DNA from: Nitrosopumilus maritimus SCM1
GTDB taxonomy: Archaea > Thermoproteota > Nitrososphaeria > Nitrososphaerales > Nitrosopumilaceae
Length of the DNA: 32,000 bases
Direction: 5' to 3'
NCBI RefSeq assembly: GCF_000018465.1
Contig: NC_010085.1
Coordinates: forward strand, 750,001 to 782,000
Shown: positions 1-8,112 of the stretch, piece by piece
How positions within the stretch are numbered: the first letter of the stretch is position 1
Layout of the letters: every line of letters starts with the position of its first letter
The notes under the pieces: generated by a model
Databases searched by the model: none
Seen by the model: the letters and a program-made list of their open reading frames with translations, nothing else
What the model was told of the DNA's origin: nothing
Position numbers and translations under genes: made by a program

Positions 1-108
1 TGATGAATTCATTGGGAGATCGTGTACCTAAACGCACAAGATTTACAAAATTATTACTTGCCTTAAACCTTCATCAATGTCTAAATATGTAATTGAGTAA
101 TTTTAGGC

Positions 109-231
109 ATGGAAAGCTCTGGTTTTGCCTGCGATGAATGTGATGGCGAAATTGTAGAATATTATCATGAAGGGTATAAGGGGAAAAGAGGGAAATGTTC
201 CCAATGTGGACAGGAATTTCCTTTAGAATAG
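109..231 (+). CDS. small zinc-ribbon-like microprotein (40 aa, MESSGFACDECDGEIVEYYHEGYKGKRGKCSQCGQEFPLE)
   Basis: Read directly: ATG 109-111 to TAG 229-231. Paired CxxC...CxxC knuckles. Ends 8 nt before the cyclase ATG. Below the ORF-track length cutoff. Confidence 0.7.
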   Translation: MESSGFACDECDGEIVEYYHEGYKGKRGKCSQCGQEFPLE

Positions 232-239
232 GAGAAAAA

Positions 240-1031
240 ATGGCTGAAAACAGTGTAGAAAAAGAATCAGATTCCAAGCAAGACAAAGTAGTAGACATGT
301 TACTCAGTTCTGCATCAGAGAAGACATTAGATTCTGAATCAATGATTTTAGAAACTCAAAAAAGAGTATGGGGAGCATTAAAGAAAGGATATCAGTATTC
401 AGGAGTAGCTGATGAATCTGACATATTCCTGAGAAAAAATGTATTTTCAAAATTAGATTTGGTTGTACTTTATGTTGATTTGGTTGGTTCAACCACAATG
501 ACATTGGAAATGCCTGAAGAAAAGATTGCAATCATTATCAGTTCTTTTGCACAAGAGATGGCTGCAGTAATTAGACAGTATGAAGGCTATGTTCTCAAAT
601 TTGTAGGGGATGCTGTGATTGGATATTTTGATGCACAAAGTAATGGTTTACTTGCATCGGATAACGCTGTAAATTGTGCAAAATCTATGATTACTGTAAT
701 TCAAAAAGGAATCAATCCAATTTTGAATCAATATGATTATCCAGATTTGATGGTAAAGATTGGTGTAGATTTTGGTAAAAATATTGTTGTAAGATACGGT
801 GCCGATGAACAGCAATCCCATGTAGATGTAATGGGACCTGCAATGAATATTGCAGCTAAAATACAAAACATGGCAAAACCTAATCAAATTTTAATCGGAC
901 AAGATGTCTATCAGAGATTACATCCAAATTTCCAAAGAGATTTTGTTGAAGTAATATGGAAACAAGATGAATGGAAATATCGCTCCAGAGTCACTGGAGA
1001 AATTTACAAGGTTTACGAGTTTAAAGGATAA
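240..1031 (+). CDS. class III adenylate/guanylate cyclase domain protein
   Basis: ORF 195..1031, with likely start at ATG 240 (MAENSVEK) preceded by ggag. Contains the cyclase motifs LYVDLVGSTTMTLEMPEEK, YVLKFVGDAVIGYF and GPAMNIAAKIQNMAKPNQILIG. Confidence 0.88.
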   Translation: MAENSVEKESDSKQDKVVDMLLSSASEKTLDSESMILETQKRVWGALKKGYQYSGVADESDIFLRKNVFSKLDLVVLYVDLVGSTTMTLEMPEEKIAIIISSFAQEMAAVIRQYEGYVLKFVGDAVIGYFDAQSNGLLASDNAVNCAKSMITVIQKGINPILNQYDYPDLMVKIGVDFGKNIVVRYGADEQQSHVDVMGPAMNIAAKIQNMAKPNQILIGQDVYQRLHPNFQRDFVEVIWKQDEWKYRSRVTGEIYKVYEFKG

Positions 1032-1044
1032 ATCCGATTTTTTA

Positions 1045-1191
1045 TTATACGGTGAATTTGTCAGGACATTCTACATGTTCGTAATGATGTTCTGTGAATT
1101 TTTCTTGAACAACATAGATTACAATCTTGTGTAGATCCTTTTCGTCAATGTCTTTTTTGCATCTGAGACACGTCTTTTTCATTTCGGCCAT
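1045..1191 (-). CDS. small protein with CxxC motif (48 aa, MAEMKKTCLRCKKDIDEKDLHKIVIYVVQEKFTEHHYEHVECPDKFTV)
   Basis: Read directly on the reverse strand: start CAT 1189-1191, stop TTA 1045-1047. Contains CLRC...H...C putative metal ligands. Confidence 0.5.
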   Translation of the reverse strand: MAEMKKTCLRCKKDIDEKDLHKIVIYVVQEKFTEHHYEHVECPDKFTV

Positions 1192-1328
1192 GCGTACCAG
1201 CGATCTAAACTGCGAATCTATAAGGATCTGCGATCAGCTCAAATTGAGCAAAAATGACTCTGATTTCACTAAACTGTATATCAAATGCCCAAAGCAAGGC
1301 AGAAATATAGCAAAATCAGACTAATTTC

Positions 1329-1700
1329 GTGGAAAACACCGTCAATAAACACCTACAAGACCTCTATGGATTGAATCCAGACATCCCTCATATGGCACTA
1401 CAATTTCCTAGATTGCCCCCAGGACTAACACATCCTATGTTTAACATTCACAAAAATCCTGTAAAAGAACAATTTTCACGAGATGCAGAAACAATCAATC
1501 AAAAACTTCAAGGATTCCAACACATGTATCAACAATATGCAGCAGGACTGTTGACTGGAAACCAAGTAATTCCTCCAGGACACCCATTATACACTAAACA
1601 AAATTCTGTACAAGCACTTCAAGCTGAAAATGATAAACTGCTAAAAGAAAATACAGAATTAAAGAAAAAATTAGAAAAAGAATCCAAAAAACAAGATTAA
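1329..1700 (+). CDS. conserved hypothetical protein with C-terminal coiled-coil-like segment
   Basis: 123 aa ORF with GTG start. C-terminal NDKLLKENTELKKKLEKESKKQ heptad-like sequence. Confidence 0.65.
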   Translation: MENTVNKHLQDLYGLNPDIPHMALQFPRLPPGLTHPMFNIHKNPVKEQFSRDAETINQKLQGFQHMYQQYAAGLLTGNQVIPPGHPLYTKQNSVQALQAENDKLLKENTELKKKLEKESKKQD

Positions 1701-1757
1701 AAATTATTCAAACTTTTTAGAATAAGCCTTATTAGTTGCAAATCCAATTTTTAGTAT

Positions 1758-2144
1758 ATGGCTAAAACTCCTGCAGACAAATGGAAAGATACTGTTGTAA
1801 AATATAGAAAACAATGTCAAAAAATTTTGGACGTATCAAAGAATGTAAGATATGCGGGAGTGATTAATGTTTATGGAAGAACTTTGGCAGGAATTGTTCA
1901 ACCAAATCTTAAACCATTGTTAAAATCTGAACAGGTAAAAAATGAATTTTTCATAATTTCAACATTGATATCTTTGAGAAAAAATACTGCAAGTACTGTT
2001 GGAAAATTAGAACATGTAATTCTACAACATCAAAAAGTAACAATTGTTCTTGTACAAAAAAATGAAATTACCTACTATGTTTCCATTAATAGAAAAGAAA
2101 AAGGCTTAGAGAAAATTATTTCTTCAATAAAGAAGATTGTCTAA
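1758..2144 (+). CDS. hypothetical protein, thaumarchaeal family (possibly DUF6659-like)
   Basis: 128 aa ORF with ATG start. The family assignment is from memory only. Confidence 0.7.
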   Translation: MAKTPADKWKDTVVKYRKQCQKILDVSKNVRYAGVINVYGRTLAGIVQPNLKPLLKSEQVKNEFFIISTLISLRKNTASTVGKLEHVILQHQKVTIVLVQKNEITYYVSINRKEKGLEKIISSIKKIV

Positions 2145-2551
2145 GCAGGTGTAAATCCGTGGTATCCACCAGTTTGTTCAGCTTTGTCTGAGAAACTTGG
2201 TTCAAACAAAGAAATCAAATAACCATCAGGATCTGAAATTACAGCATTTTTTCCTGCATCTTTCTCAACAATGTCTCGATGAATATTGACTCCTTTTTCT
2301 TTCAATTCGTCTACTGCAGATTTTACATCTCCGACTAGAAAACCGACTGTGATTCCACTCTCAAGAGCATTTCCCTGTTGTTCTGTTAGTGAAGCTGGAT
2401 GTAGACTCAATAAAGCTCCAGATGTGCCCAAATCAACCCATGTTCTTCTCTGATTTTTTATTGGTAATCCAATAATTTCGTTGTAGAACTGTATTGATTT
2501 GTCTAGGTCTTTTACGGCCAAAATCACATTTCCGACTTTTTTGATATTCAC
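2141..2551 (-). CDS. VOC / glyoxalase family protein
   Basis: AVKDLDKSIQFYNEIIGLP ... ISDPDGYLISLFEP are typical VOC motifs. Confidence 0.85.
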   Translation of the reverse strand: MNIKKVGNVILAVKDLDKSIQFYNEIIGLPIKNQRRTWVDLGTSGALLSLHPASLTEQQGNALESGITVGFLVGDVKSAVDELKEKGVNIHRDIVEKDAGKNAVISDPDGYLISLFEPSFSDKAEQTGGYHGFTPA

Positions 2552-2585
2552 AGGAGTTCTACCTCGAAGTTCTTTAAATTAATTG

Positions 2586-2804
2586 TCATTGAACTTCAAC
2601 CATGGTTTCAGTTCGTTCAACACCGTTGATTTTTTGAATTTGGTTGGCAACATCTTTGATTTGAGCAAGTTCTTCAACATCAATAATGGCTACTGCATCA
2701 AATTGACCACTAGTAGGAAAAGAGTCAGATACGGAATCAACCTTTCTCAATCTTGCCGCAATCAGTTTTTTTGGAGATTTTACTAAAATGATGGCCCTTA
2801 CCAA
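2586..2804 (-). CDS. Lrp/AsnC ligand-binding (RAM) domain-only protein
   Basis: 72 aa. Fold-like pattern AIILVKSPKK...DSVSDSFPTSGQFDAVAIIDVEE...VERTETMVEV, with no HTH. Confidence 0.75.
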   Translation of the reverse strand: MVRAIILVKSPKKLIAARLRKVDSVSDSFPTSGQFDAVAIIDVEELAQIKDVANQIQKINGVERTETMVEVQ

Positions 2805-3037
2805 CCTAGATTTACCTCCACTTCAATCAAAGTTTCTGTAGTTACAATATCTTTAATTTTCTTAAAATCAATTACCATGTTATTGATATCATCAATTCCG
2901 CCTTGCAAAAGAACACTAATGTCTGCTCTACCAGTAACCACCATTACCTGTTTTACAATCTTACGTTTTTTCTTTAAAATTTGAACTACAGTATCCACTT
3001 TACCAGGTTTTACGGTAATTAGACATAATGCGCGCAT
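2798..3037 (-). CDS. Lrp/AsnC ligand-binding (RAM) domain-only protein
   Basis: 79 aa. LCLITVKPGKVDTVVQIL...VVTGRADISVLLQGG...IVTTETLIEVE. Overlaps the start of the next RAM gene. Confidence 0.75.
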   Translation of the reverse strand: MRALCLITVKPGKVDTVVQILKKKRKIVKQVMVVTGRADISVLLQGGIDDINNMVIDFKKIKDIVTTETLIEVEVNLGW

Positions 3038-3071
3038 ACAAGTACTACGTTATTGAATCGGATAAAGATTC

Positions 3072-3386
3072 CTAGTCAAATGCTTCTTGAGACCTTGCTT
3101 CTTCAAGATAAGCGCGTCTCTCTTCGTTGACTTTTTCTTGATCAATCTCAATATCATCATCTACTATGACTATTCCCATATCTCCGACAGGTTCTTCTTT
3201 CTTCTTTGATTTGCTGGTTTTTGCCTTTGATTTGGTTGTTTTTGCCTTTGAGGTTGTCTTTGATTTTGTGGTTTTTGCCTTTGATTTTGTGACTTTGGCC
3301 TTTGTTTCCTTAGCCTTTGATTTGGTTGTTTTAGCCTTAGTATCTTTTGATTTGGTTGCTTTCTTTGTAGATTTTTTTTCAGCCAT
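3072..3386 (-). CDS. lysine/threonine/alanine-rich repeat protein (histone-tail-like) with acidic C-terminus
   Basis: 104 aa. Repeated (T/S)-K-S-K-A-K-T-T-K units followed by EEPVGDMGIVIVDDDIEIDQEKVNEERRAYLEEARSQEAFD. Confidence 0.7.
   Translation of the reverse strand: MAEKKSTKKATKSKDTKAKTTKSKAKETKAKVTKSKAKTTKSKTTSKAKTTKSKAKTSKSKKKEEPVGDMGIVIVDDDIEIDQEKVNEERRAYLEEARSQEAFD
3222..3366. repeat. degenerate in-frame tandem repeat encoding KSKAKTTK-type units
   Basis: Recurring 'gtttttgcctttgatttggtt' type units on the + strand. Confidence 0.65.
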
Positions 3387-3582
3387 GAATGTCGAAAATC
3401 AAGAGTTTGCGTTATTTTTAAAGATTTTGTAGAATTGGTTTTTCGCAAATTTATTCAGATTATCCGATCAAACAATTCTTTTTTTGATAATAGATCAAAG
3501 TAGCCATCTGGGTCAAGAATTTACTCAAAGTTGAATTTATCAAAAAACAAGTTTTTGGTATTTTGTTGGGAGGTGAAAGAAG

Positions 3583-3915
3583 ATAGCAACATTAGCAGAT
3601 TATGCAACTGTAGGCGATTCAGTCAGCTTGGCAAAAATTGGCGATAAGGCATTTACAATTACATTCATTGAAGATTCTGATTATACTCAGGGAGATCAAA
3701 TCACAAAAGGAGTAAAGATCACAACTAAAGAAACTTTTGAGATTGAAGGCAATTTTGTAAATAAATTCCATACAACAAGAGTGGCAATTGTAAAGAAATT
3801 CAGTAATGAAAAATTACGTTCAGATGTCAATAATGGTAATTCATTAGGACCAGTAAAATGCGTCTCTGAAAAATCAGCCTCTGGAAAAAATTTCTATAAT
3901 TTAGTAGATGCATGA
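3583..3915 (+). CDS. hypothetical protein, probable non-canonical ATA start (MATLADYATVGDSVSLAKIGDKAFTITFIEDSDY...)
   Basis: The track begins at TTG 3628. The frame is open upstream to TGA 3574-3576, and GGGAGGTGA (3568-3576) lies 6 nt before ATA 3583-3585. Confidence 0.6.
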   Translation: MATLADYATVGDSVSLAKIGDKAFTITFIEDSDYTQGDQITKGVKITTKETFEIEGNFVNKFHTTRVAIVKKFSNEKLRSDVNNGNSLGPVKCVSEKSASGKNFYNLVDA

Positions 3916-3963
3916 TGAGTTAGATTAACTCAAAACCATCATTATTTTTTTAAAATAATAAAG

Positions 3964-4037
3964 TGCCGCGGGCGGGATTTGAACGCGCGACAGCCCGGTC
4001 TTCAGCCGAGTGCTCTCCCAGGCTGAGCTACCACGGC
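3964..4037 (-). tRNA. tRNA-Phe (anticodon GAA)
   Basis: Manual fold of the reverse complement: GCCGTGG/CCGCGGC acceptor, GCTC/GAGC D-stem, CTCGG-CTGAAGA-CCGGG anticodon arm, GCGCG-TTCAAAT-CCCGC T arm. 74 nt, no encoded CCA. Confidence 0.93.
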
Positions 4038-4080
4038 ACTTGAAAAAAATAATTTTGTCGAGGAATTAAAGTGTGTCTTT

Positions 4081-4617
4081 TTAGATCTTCCAAATAATGT
4101 CTTCCGTACCATTTCTTTTGTTGATCAATCTGCCCATAACAAAAAATAGATCAGATAATCGATTTAGGTAAATTATACAGTTTGAATTAATTTCATCTTT
4201 TTCTGCAAGTTGGACAGTTAGGGTTTCAGCTCTACGTACTACAGTTCTGGCATAATGTAATTTAGATGTAGGAGTAGAGCCTCCTGGAAGTATAAAATTA
4301 GTTAGTGGTGGGAGTTCTGATTCAAATTTATCTATATTTTGCTCCAACTCTTGTATCATCTCTAAGGAAACTCTGTTTTTTACATCATTTAGATTAGGAT
4401 TAGATAAATCAGAACCTACAACAAACAAATCATTTTGAATTTTTCTAAGTACATCAAAGATATCTTCATCTAAAGAATTTGTTAACACAATACCCAAAGC
4501 AGCATTTGCTTCATCTACAGCACCATATGCAAATATTCTCGGATGAGATTTTGAGATACGTAAATTTCCTTGTAGTCCAGTATTTCCATCATCTCCTGTT
4601 TTAGTGTAAATTTTCAT
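4081..4617 (-). CDS. PduO-type cob(I)alamin adenosyltransferase (ATR)
   Basis: KIYTKTGDDGNTGL...AYGAVDEANAALGI...FILPGGS...ARTVVRRAE...YLNRLSDLFFVMGR are hallmark motifs. Confidence 0.93.
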   Translation of the reverse strand: MKIYTKTGDDGNTGLQGNLRISKSHPRIFAYGAVDEANAALGIVLTNSLDEDIFDVLRKIQNDLFVVGSDLSNPNLNDVKNRVSLEMIQELEQNIDKFESELPPLTNFILPGGSTPTSKLHYARTVVRRAETLTVQLAEKDEINSNCIIYLNRLSDLFFVMGRLINKRNGTEDIIWKI

Positions 4618-4697
4618 AAAAATACATGACTTGTTTCAACTATTATGTGATTCTAAAATCTCAAAACTCTTTAGGAGACTAGTTGTTCTATTTTATA

Positions 4698-5231
4698 ATG
4701 ATTGAAGATTTTTTTCATAATGTAGCAAATCTAAAAAATATTTCACGTCAAGGGTGGATTGACAAACTTTCTATAGATAATCCAGAATCTGTTGCAGACC
4801 ATACATTTTCTATGGCAATTATGGGAATGATAATTGCAGATTTGGAGAATTTGAATTCAGAAAAAATTCTCAAAATGATTCTATTGCATGATCTTGCTGA
4901 ATCAAAAATAGGAGACATTGTTCCAGACAAGATGTCATTAGAAGAAAAACAAAAATTAGAAAATTCTGCATTTGATGAAATTATCAAAACATTGCCTGAA
5001 TCTTTGACGCATAACTATGTGGAAATTTGGAATGAATATCAGAAAAACAATACTGATGAAAGCAGCATTGTTCATCAGGTTGACAAATTAGAGATGGCAC
5101 TTCAAGCAAAAATTTACCAATCTCAAGGATATTCTAAAGACAAATTAGAAACTTTTTTTGAATCTGCAAAATCAAGTATAACTCATCCAAAATTAAAAGA
5201 ATTATTTACAAAGATAATTGATGAAGAATAA
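4698..5231 (+). CDS. HD-domain hydrolase (HDDC2/YfbR-like 5'-deoxynucleotidase family)
   Basis: ESVADHTFSMAIMGMII...ILLHDLAESKIGDI...HQVDKLEMALQA. Likely start is the internal ATG of MIEDFFHN. Confidence 0.85.
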   Translation: MIEDFFHNVANLKNISRQGWIDKLSIDNPESVADHTFSMAIMGMIIADLENLNSEKILKMILLHDLAESKIGDIVPDKMSLEEKQKLENSAFDEIIKTLPESLTHNYVEIWNEYQKNNTDESSIVHQVDKLEMALQAKIYQSQGYSKDKLETFFESAKSSITHPKLKELFTKIIDEE

Positions 5232-5455
5232 TGTCTGAAACAGAAAAAGATGAATTAATTGATGCGCAAAAACAAGTTATTGGAATACTTTTTGAAGTCA
5301 TTAAAAGACTACAAGCCAATAGTGATTTAGATGAAGAATATTTTGAAATCGTCACAAATAAAGAAAATAATGAGACTCGGTTAAATGAAATTCTTAACGA
5401 AAGAAAGGAAAATGCAAAAATCGTAGGTAGACTATTAGAACAATTAGAGGTTTAG
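5231..5455 (+). CDS. hypothetical protein
   Basis: 74 aa ORF with start-stop overlap to the HD hydrolase gene. Confidence 0.6.
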   Translation: MSETEKDELIDAQKQVIGILFEVIKRLQANSDLDEEYFEIVTNKENNETRLNEILNERKENAKIVGRLLEQLEV

Positions 5456-5826
5456 TGTCCACAACTACAATCATCATCAGACATTATACGTAGATGGGCA
5501 GTTTGTTGATGTTTGTCCTGAATATAGTTTGAAAGATTTGCAATTCTTATTCTAGGTTCTCTTGTTTTCCAACTACCTTCATTTTCAAACCAAAATTCAA
5601 TTTCATCAACATCATATCTCTCTCCATTTTTTACTAATTCTTTGAATATTGATTTTATTTCTTCTACTTCTGATTCAGACAATTTTGATTTGTCTTCCAC
5701 CAGGGTAGTAATCTCATTTAATTTGATAATCACATTGTTTGTAAGAGGCATGGATTTTTTTGCCCAACATTCTATAACTATCTTTTGAGGCAATATTGTT
5801 TTTATAACAATCAGATATTTTGACAA
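5452..5826 (-). CDS. hypothetical protein with C-terminal CSCGH
   Basis: 124 aa ORF, apparent TTG start. Confidence 0.6.
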   Translation of the reverse strand: MSKYLIVIKTILPQKIVIECWAKKSMPLTNNVIIKLNEITTLVEDKSKLSESEVEEIKSIFKELVKNGERYDVDEIEFWFENEGSWKTREPRIRIANLSNYIQDKHQQTAHLRIMSDDDCSCGH

Positions 5827-5828
5827 TT

Positions 5829-6176
5829 ATGCAATATTTTCAAGCATTAAAACTAGGCCAAAAAAGAGTAGCAGATGCAAGAGAATATCTCAATAAATTA
5901 ACAGATGGAAAAGCAATGCCTGCATTAGCATTGACAGATACAAAATCAAACGTATGGAAACCAGTGGGAGAAGAGAATCTTTATGCATTCGTTGACGAAT
6001 CTGCAGGTTTTGTATTGACAGATAATAGTGGATACATTCTAGCTTTAGTAGACAATAGTGGTGCATCTAAAACAATTGTTCAAGGTGTAACCCAAGAACA
6101 AAAAGAAAAATTAGAAAAAGCATTTGAATCAGACAATATCCCAAAATTTGAAGGCAAAGTAATCCTTCCAGTATAA
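5829..6176 (+). CDS. hypothetical protein
   Basis: ORF 5820..6176, likely start MQYFQALKLGQKR. Confidence 0.65.
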   Translation: MQYFQALKLGQKRVADAREYLNKLTDGKAMPALALTDTKSNVWKPVGEENLYAFVDESAGFVLTDNSGYILALVDNSGASKTIVQGVTQEQKEKLEKAFESDNIPKFEGKVILPV

Positions 6177-6231
6177 TTTAGCCTCAAATAAAACGTAAAG
6201 CTTTAGTTATGATTGTATGGAGTATAGTAAA

Positions 6232-7455
6232 ATGAGCAAATTTTCTCAAGAGATCGAAGTTAGTGGACATTTAATCGATTCATTGATCCTAACCAAAATC
6301 TTTGATAAAATAATGGATTTGCAAGGTGAGTTTCAAGTACAAGAAATCAACATAGGTAAAAGAAAAAAAGATCAATCTTATGCTCGATTATTAGTCAAAG
6401 GAAAAAATCAAAAACACCTTGATGAGATTTTACAAACAATTTACAGAGAAGGGGCAGTATCAAAAGTTCAAAAAGAGATTACTCTAAAAAAATCTCCAAA
6501 AAATTATGTAATGCCTGATAATTTTTACAGTACAACTAACAACCATACTCAAGTTTTTCATAAAGGGAAATGGATTCAAGTAGAAAACATGATGATGGAC
6601 AAATGCATTGTAGTAAAAGGAAACAGAGCATTTTGTGTTCCAGTCAGAGATGTCAAAAAAGGTGATCAGATTATTGTCGGGGAGGGAGGAGTCAAAATTA
6701 ATCCTCCTGAAAGACCAAGAGAAGGCTCCAACGTCTTTGAATTTATGGGGAGCTCAAGTTCTAGTGAAAGACCAACTCAACACATTGCAAAAAAAGTAGC
6801 TGATGATATTTACAATACAAAAAAGAAAGACGGAAAGATTGTCATTGTAGGTGGTCCTGCAATTGTGCATACTGGCGCATCAGATGCAGTATCAGAATTA
6901 ATCAGATCAGGATACATTGATGGGGTTTTGGCAGGAAATGCACTAGCAGTTCACGATATAGAATATGCAACTATAGGTACATCATTAGGAATGAATGTTC
7001 ATGATGCCACTTTGGCATATCATGGTCATAGAAATCACATGGATGCAATCAATTCTGTATTCAAAGCAGGATCTATTGCAAACATGGTAAAAACAAAGAA
7101 GCTTACTAAAGGAATCATGTATGAATGTGTAAAGAACAAGGTCCCATTTGTATTGGCAGGCTCTATCAGAGATGATGGTCCACTACCAGATGTAATTACT
7201 GATGTTGCACAAGCTCAAAGAGAATACAAAAAAGTTCTAAAAGATGCAAAAATGGTCATCATGATTTCAACCATGCTACACTCTATCGCAACAGGGAATA
7301 TGCTACCTGCAAATGTCAAAGTAATTGTTGTTGATATCAACCAACCAACAGTAACAAAACTGATGGATAGAGGAACCTGGCAAGCATTAGGAATTGTCTC
7401 TGATGTTGGGGCATTTTTGCCAATGGTTGCTCAACAAATTAGAAAAAAGAAATAA
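6232..7455 (+). CDS. TIGR00300 family protein (LOR/SDH bifunctional enzyme conserved domain; archaeal ornithine cyclodeaminase type)
   Basis: N-terminal SQEIEVSGHLIDSLILTKIFDKIMD and the glycine-rich core IVIVGGPAIVHTGASDAVSELIRSGYIDGVLAGNALAVHDIE. Start could be 6217 or ATG 6232. Confidence 0.82.
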   Translation: MSKFSQEIEVSGHLIDSLILTKIFDKIMDLQGEFQVQEINIGKRKKDQSYARLLVKGKNQKHLDEILQTIYREGAVSKVQKEITLKKSPKNYVMPDNFYSTTNNHTQVFHKGKWIQVENMMMDKCIVVKGNRAFCVPVRDVKKGDQIIVGEGGVKINPPERPREGSNVFEFMGSSSSSERPTQHIAKKVADDIYNTKKKDGKIVIVGGPAIVHTGASDAVSELIRSGYIDGVLAGNALAVHDIEYATIGTSLGMNVHDATLAYHGHRNHMDAINSVFKAGSIANMVKTKKLTKGIMYECVKNKVPFVLAGSIRDDGPLPDVITDVAQAQREYKKVLKDAKMVIMISTMLHSIATGNMLPANVKVIVVDINQPTVTKLMDRGTWQALGIVSDVGAFLPMVAQQIRKKK

Positions 7456-7554
7456 TCACACCACAAAATCTCTAATTCTAATAAAACTTGCTATTTTTTC
7501 ATATGAAAAAATAGTACGCATGTTTTAAATGAAAAAAATGACAAATAATCATTA

Positions 7555-8112
7555 TTGAAAAAGACAACACAAATTGGATTCTTGTTTGTAATTTTTTCAA
7601 TGATTCTAATACCATTACAAAATGATGTATTTGCAGAACTAGCAGATTTTGTAGATCCAAACAAAGACCCACAGTACTATTTGGATAGGTATTACAATGA
7701 AGTTACATACAAGTCATGGTTTGATAGAAACTATCCAGACATCACTATTGAAGAGGCTGTAGGATTAAACGAAGAAAGTTCTGTAATTGATTCAATTCTT
7801 AAAAAAGAGTTGATTCAAGAAGCTGATGCAACACTAGTTCATCAAGAGCCAATTCAAACAAACAATTCTGAAACAATACACATGATTCTAGCAATTGGTG
7901 GTTTGGGCATATTGTTTGGAGCGGTGTATGGCATAAAAAGAAAAGTAAATGACAACACAAGACAAATTTCAATTAACAAAGAGACAATCAAAAACAAGAT
8001 CATCAAACCAATAACAAGAACAAATCCCTTAGATGTTCTTCAAATGAGATTGGTAAAAGGAGAGATATCACTTGAAGAATTTGAGATACTAGAAAAGAAA
8101 CTGCAATCTTAA
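7555..8112 (+). CDS. predicted secreted/membrane protein with C-terminal SHOCT-like motif
   Basis: Hydrophobic N-terminus, TM segment MILAIGGLGILFGAVYGI, and terminal NPLDVLQMRLVKGEISLEEFEILEKKL. Confidence 0.7.
   Translation: MKKTTQIGFLFVIFSMILIPLQNDVFAELADFVDPNKDPQYYLDRYYNEVTYKSWFDRNYPDITIEEAVGLNEESSVIDSILKKELIQEADATLVHQEPIQTNNSETIHMILAIGGLGILFGAVYGIKRKVNDNTRQISINKETIKNKIIKPITRTNPLDVLQMRLVKGEISLEEFEILEKKLQS

Noticed and set aside
1-92. Possible short frame MNSLGDRVPKRTRFTKLLLALNLHQCLNM at the window edge
   Set aside because: Too short and at the window edge, with no motif. It could be the tail of an upstream gene, but this cannot be judged.
3166-3448. Two additional ORFs (88 aa + strand, 92 aa - strand) over the lysine-repeat gene
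   Set aside because: Alternate-frame shadows of the repetitive 3072..3386 gene. They are low-complexity translations (F/D/V-rich, or Q/P/N-rich) with no independent start context.
3573-3648. GTG at 3573 within the SD as a start of another small ORF
   Set aside because: It terminates after about 24 codons and would consume the SD itself. The ATA frame gives the long ORF.
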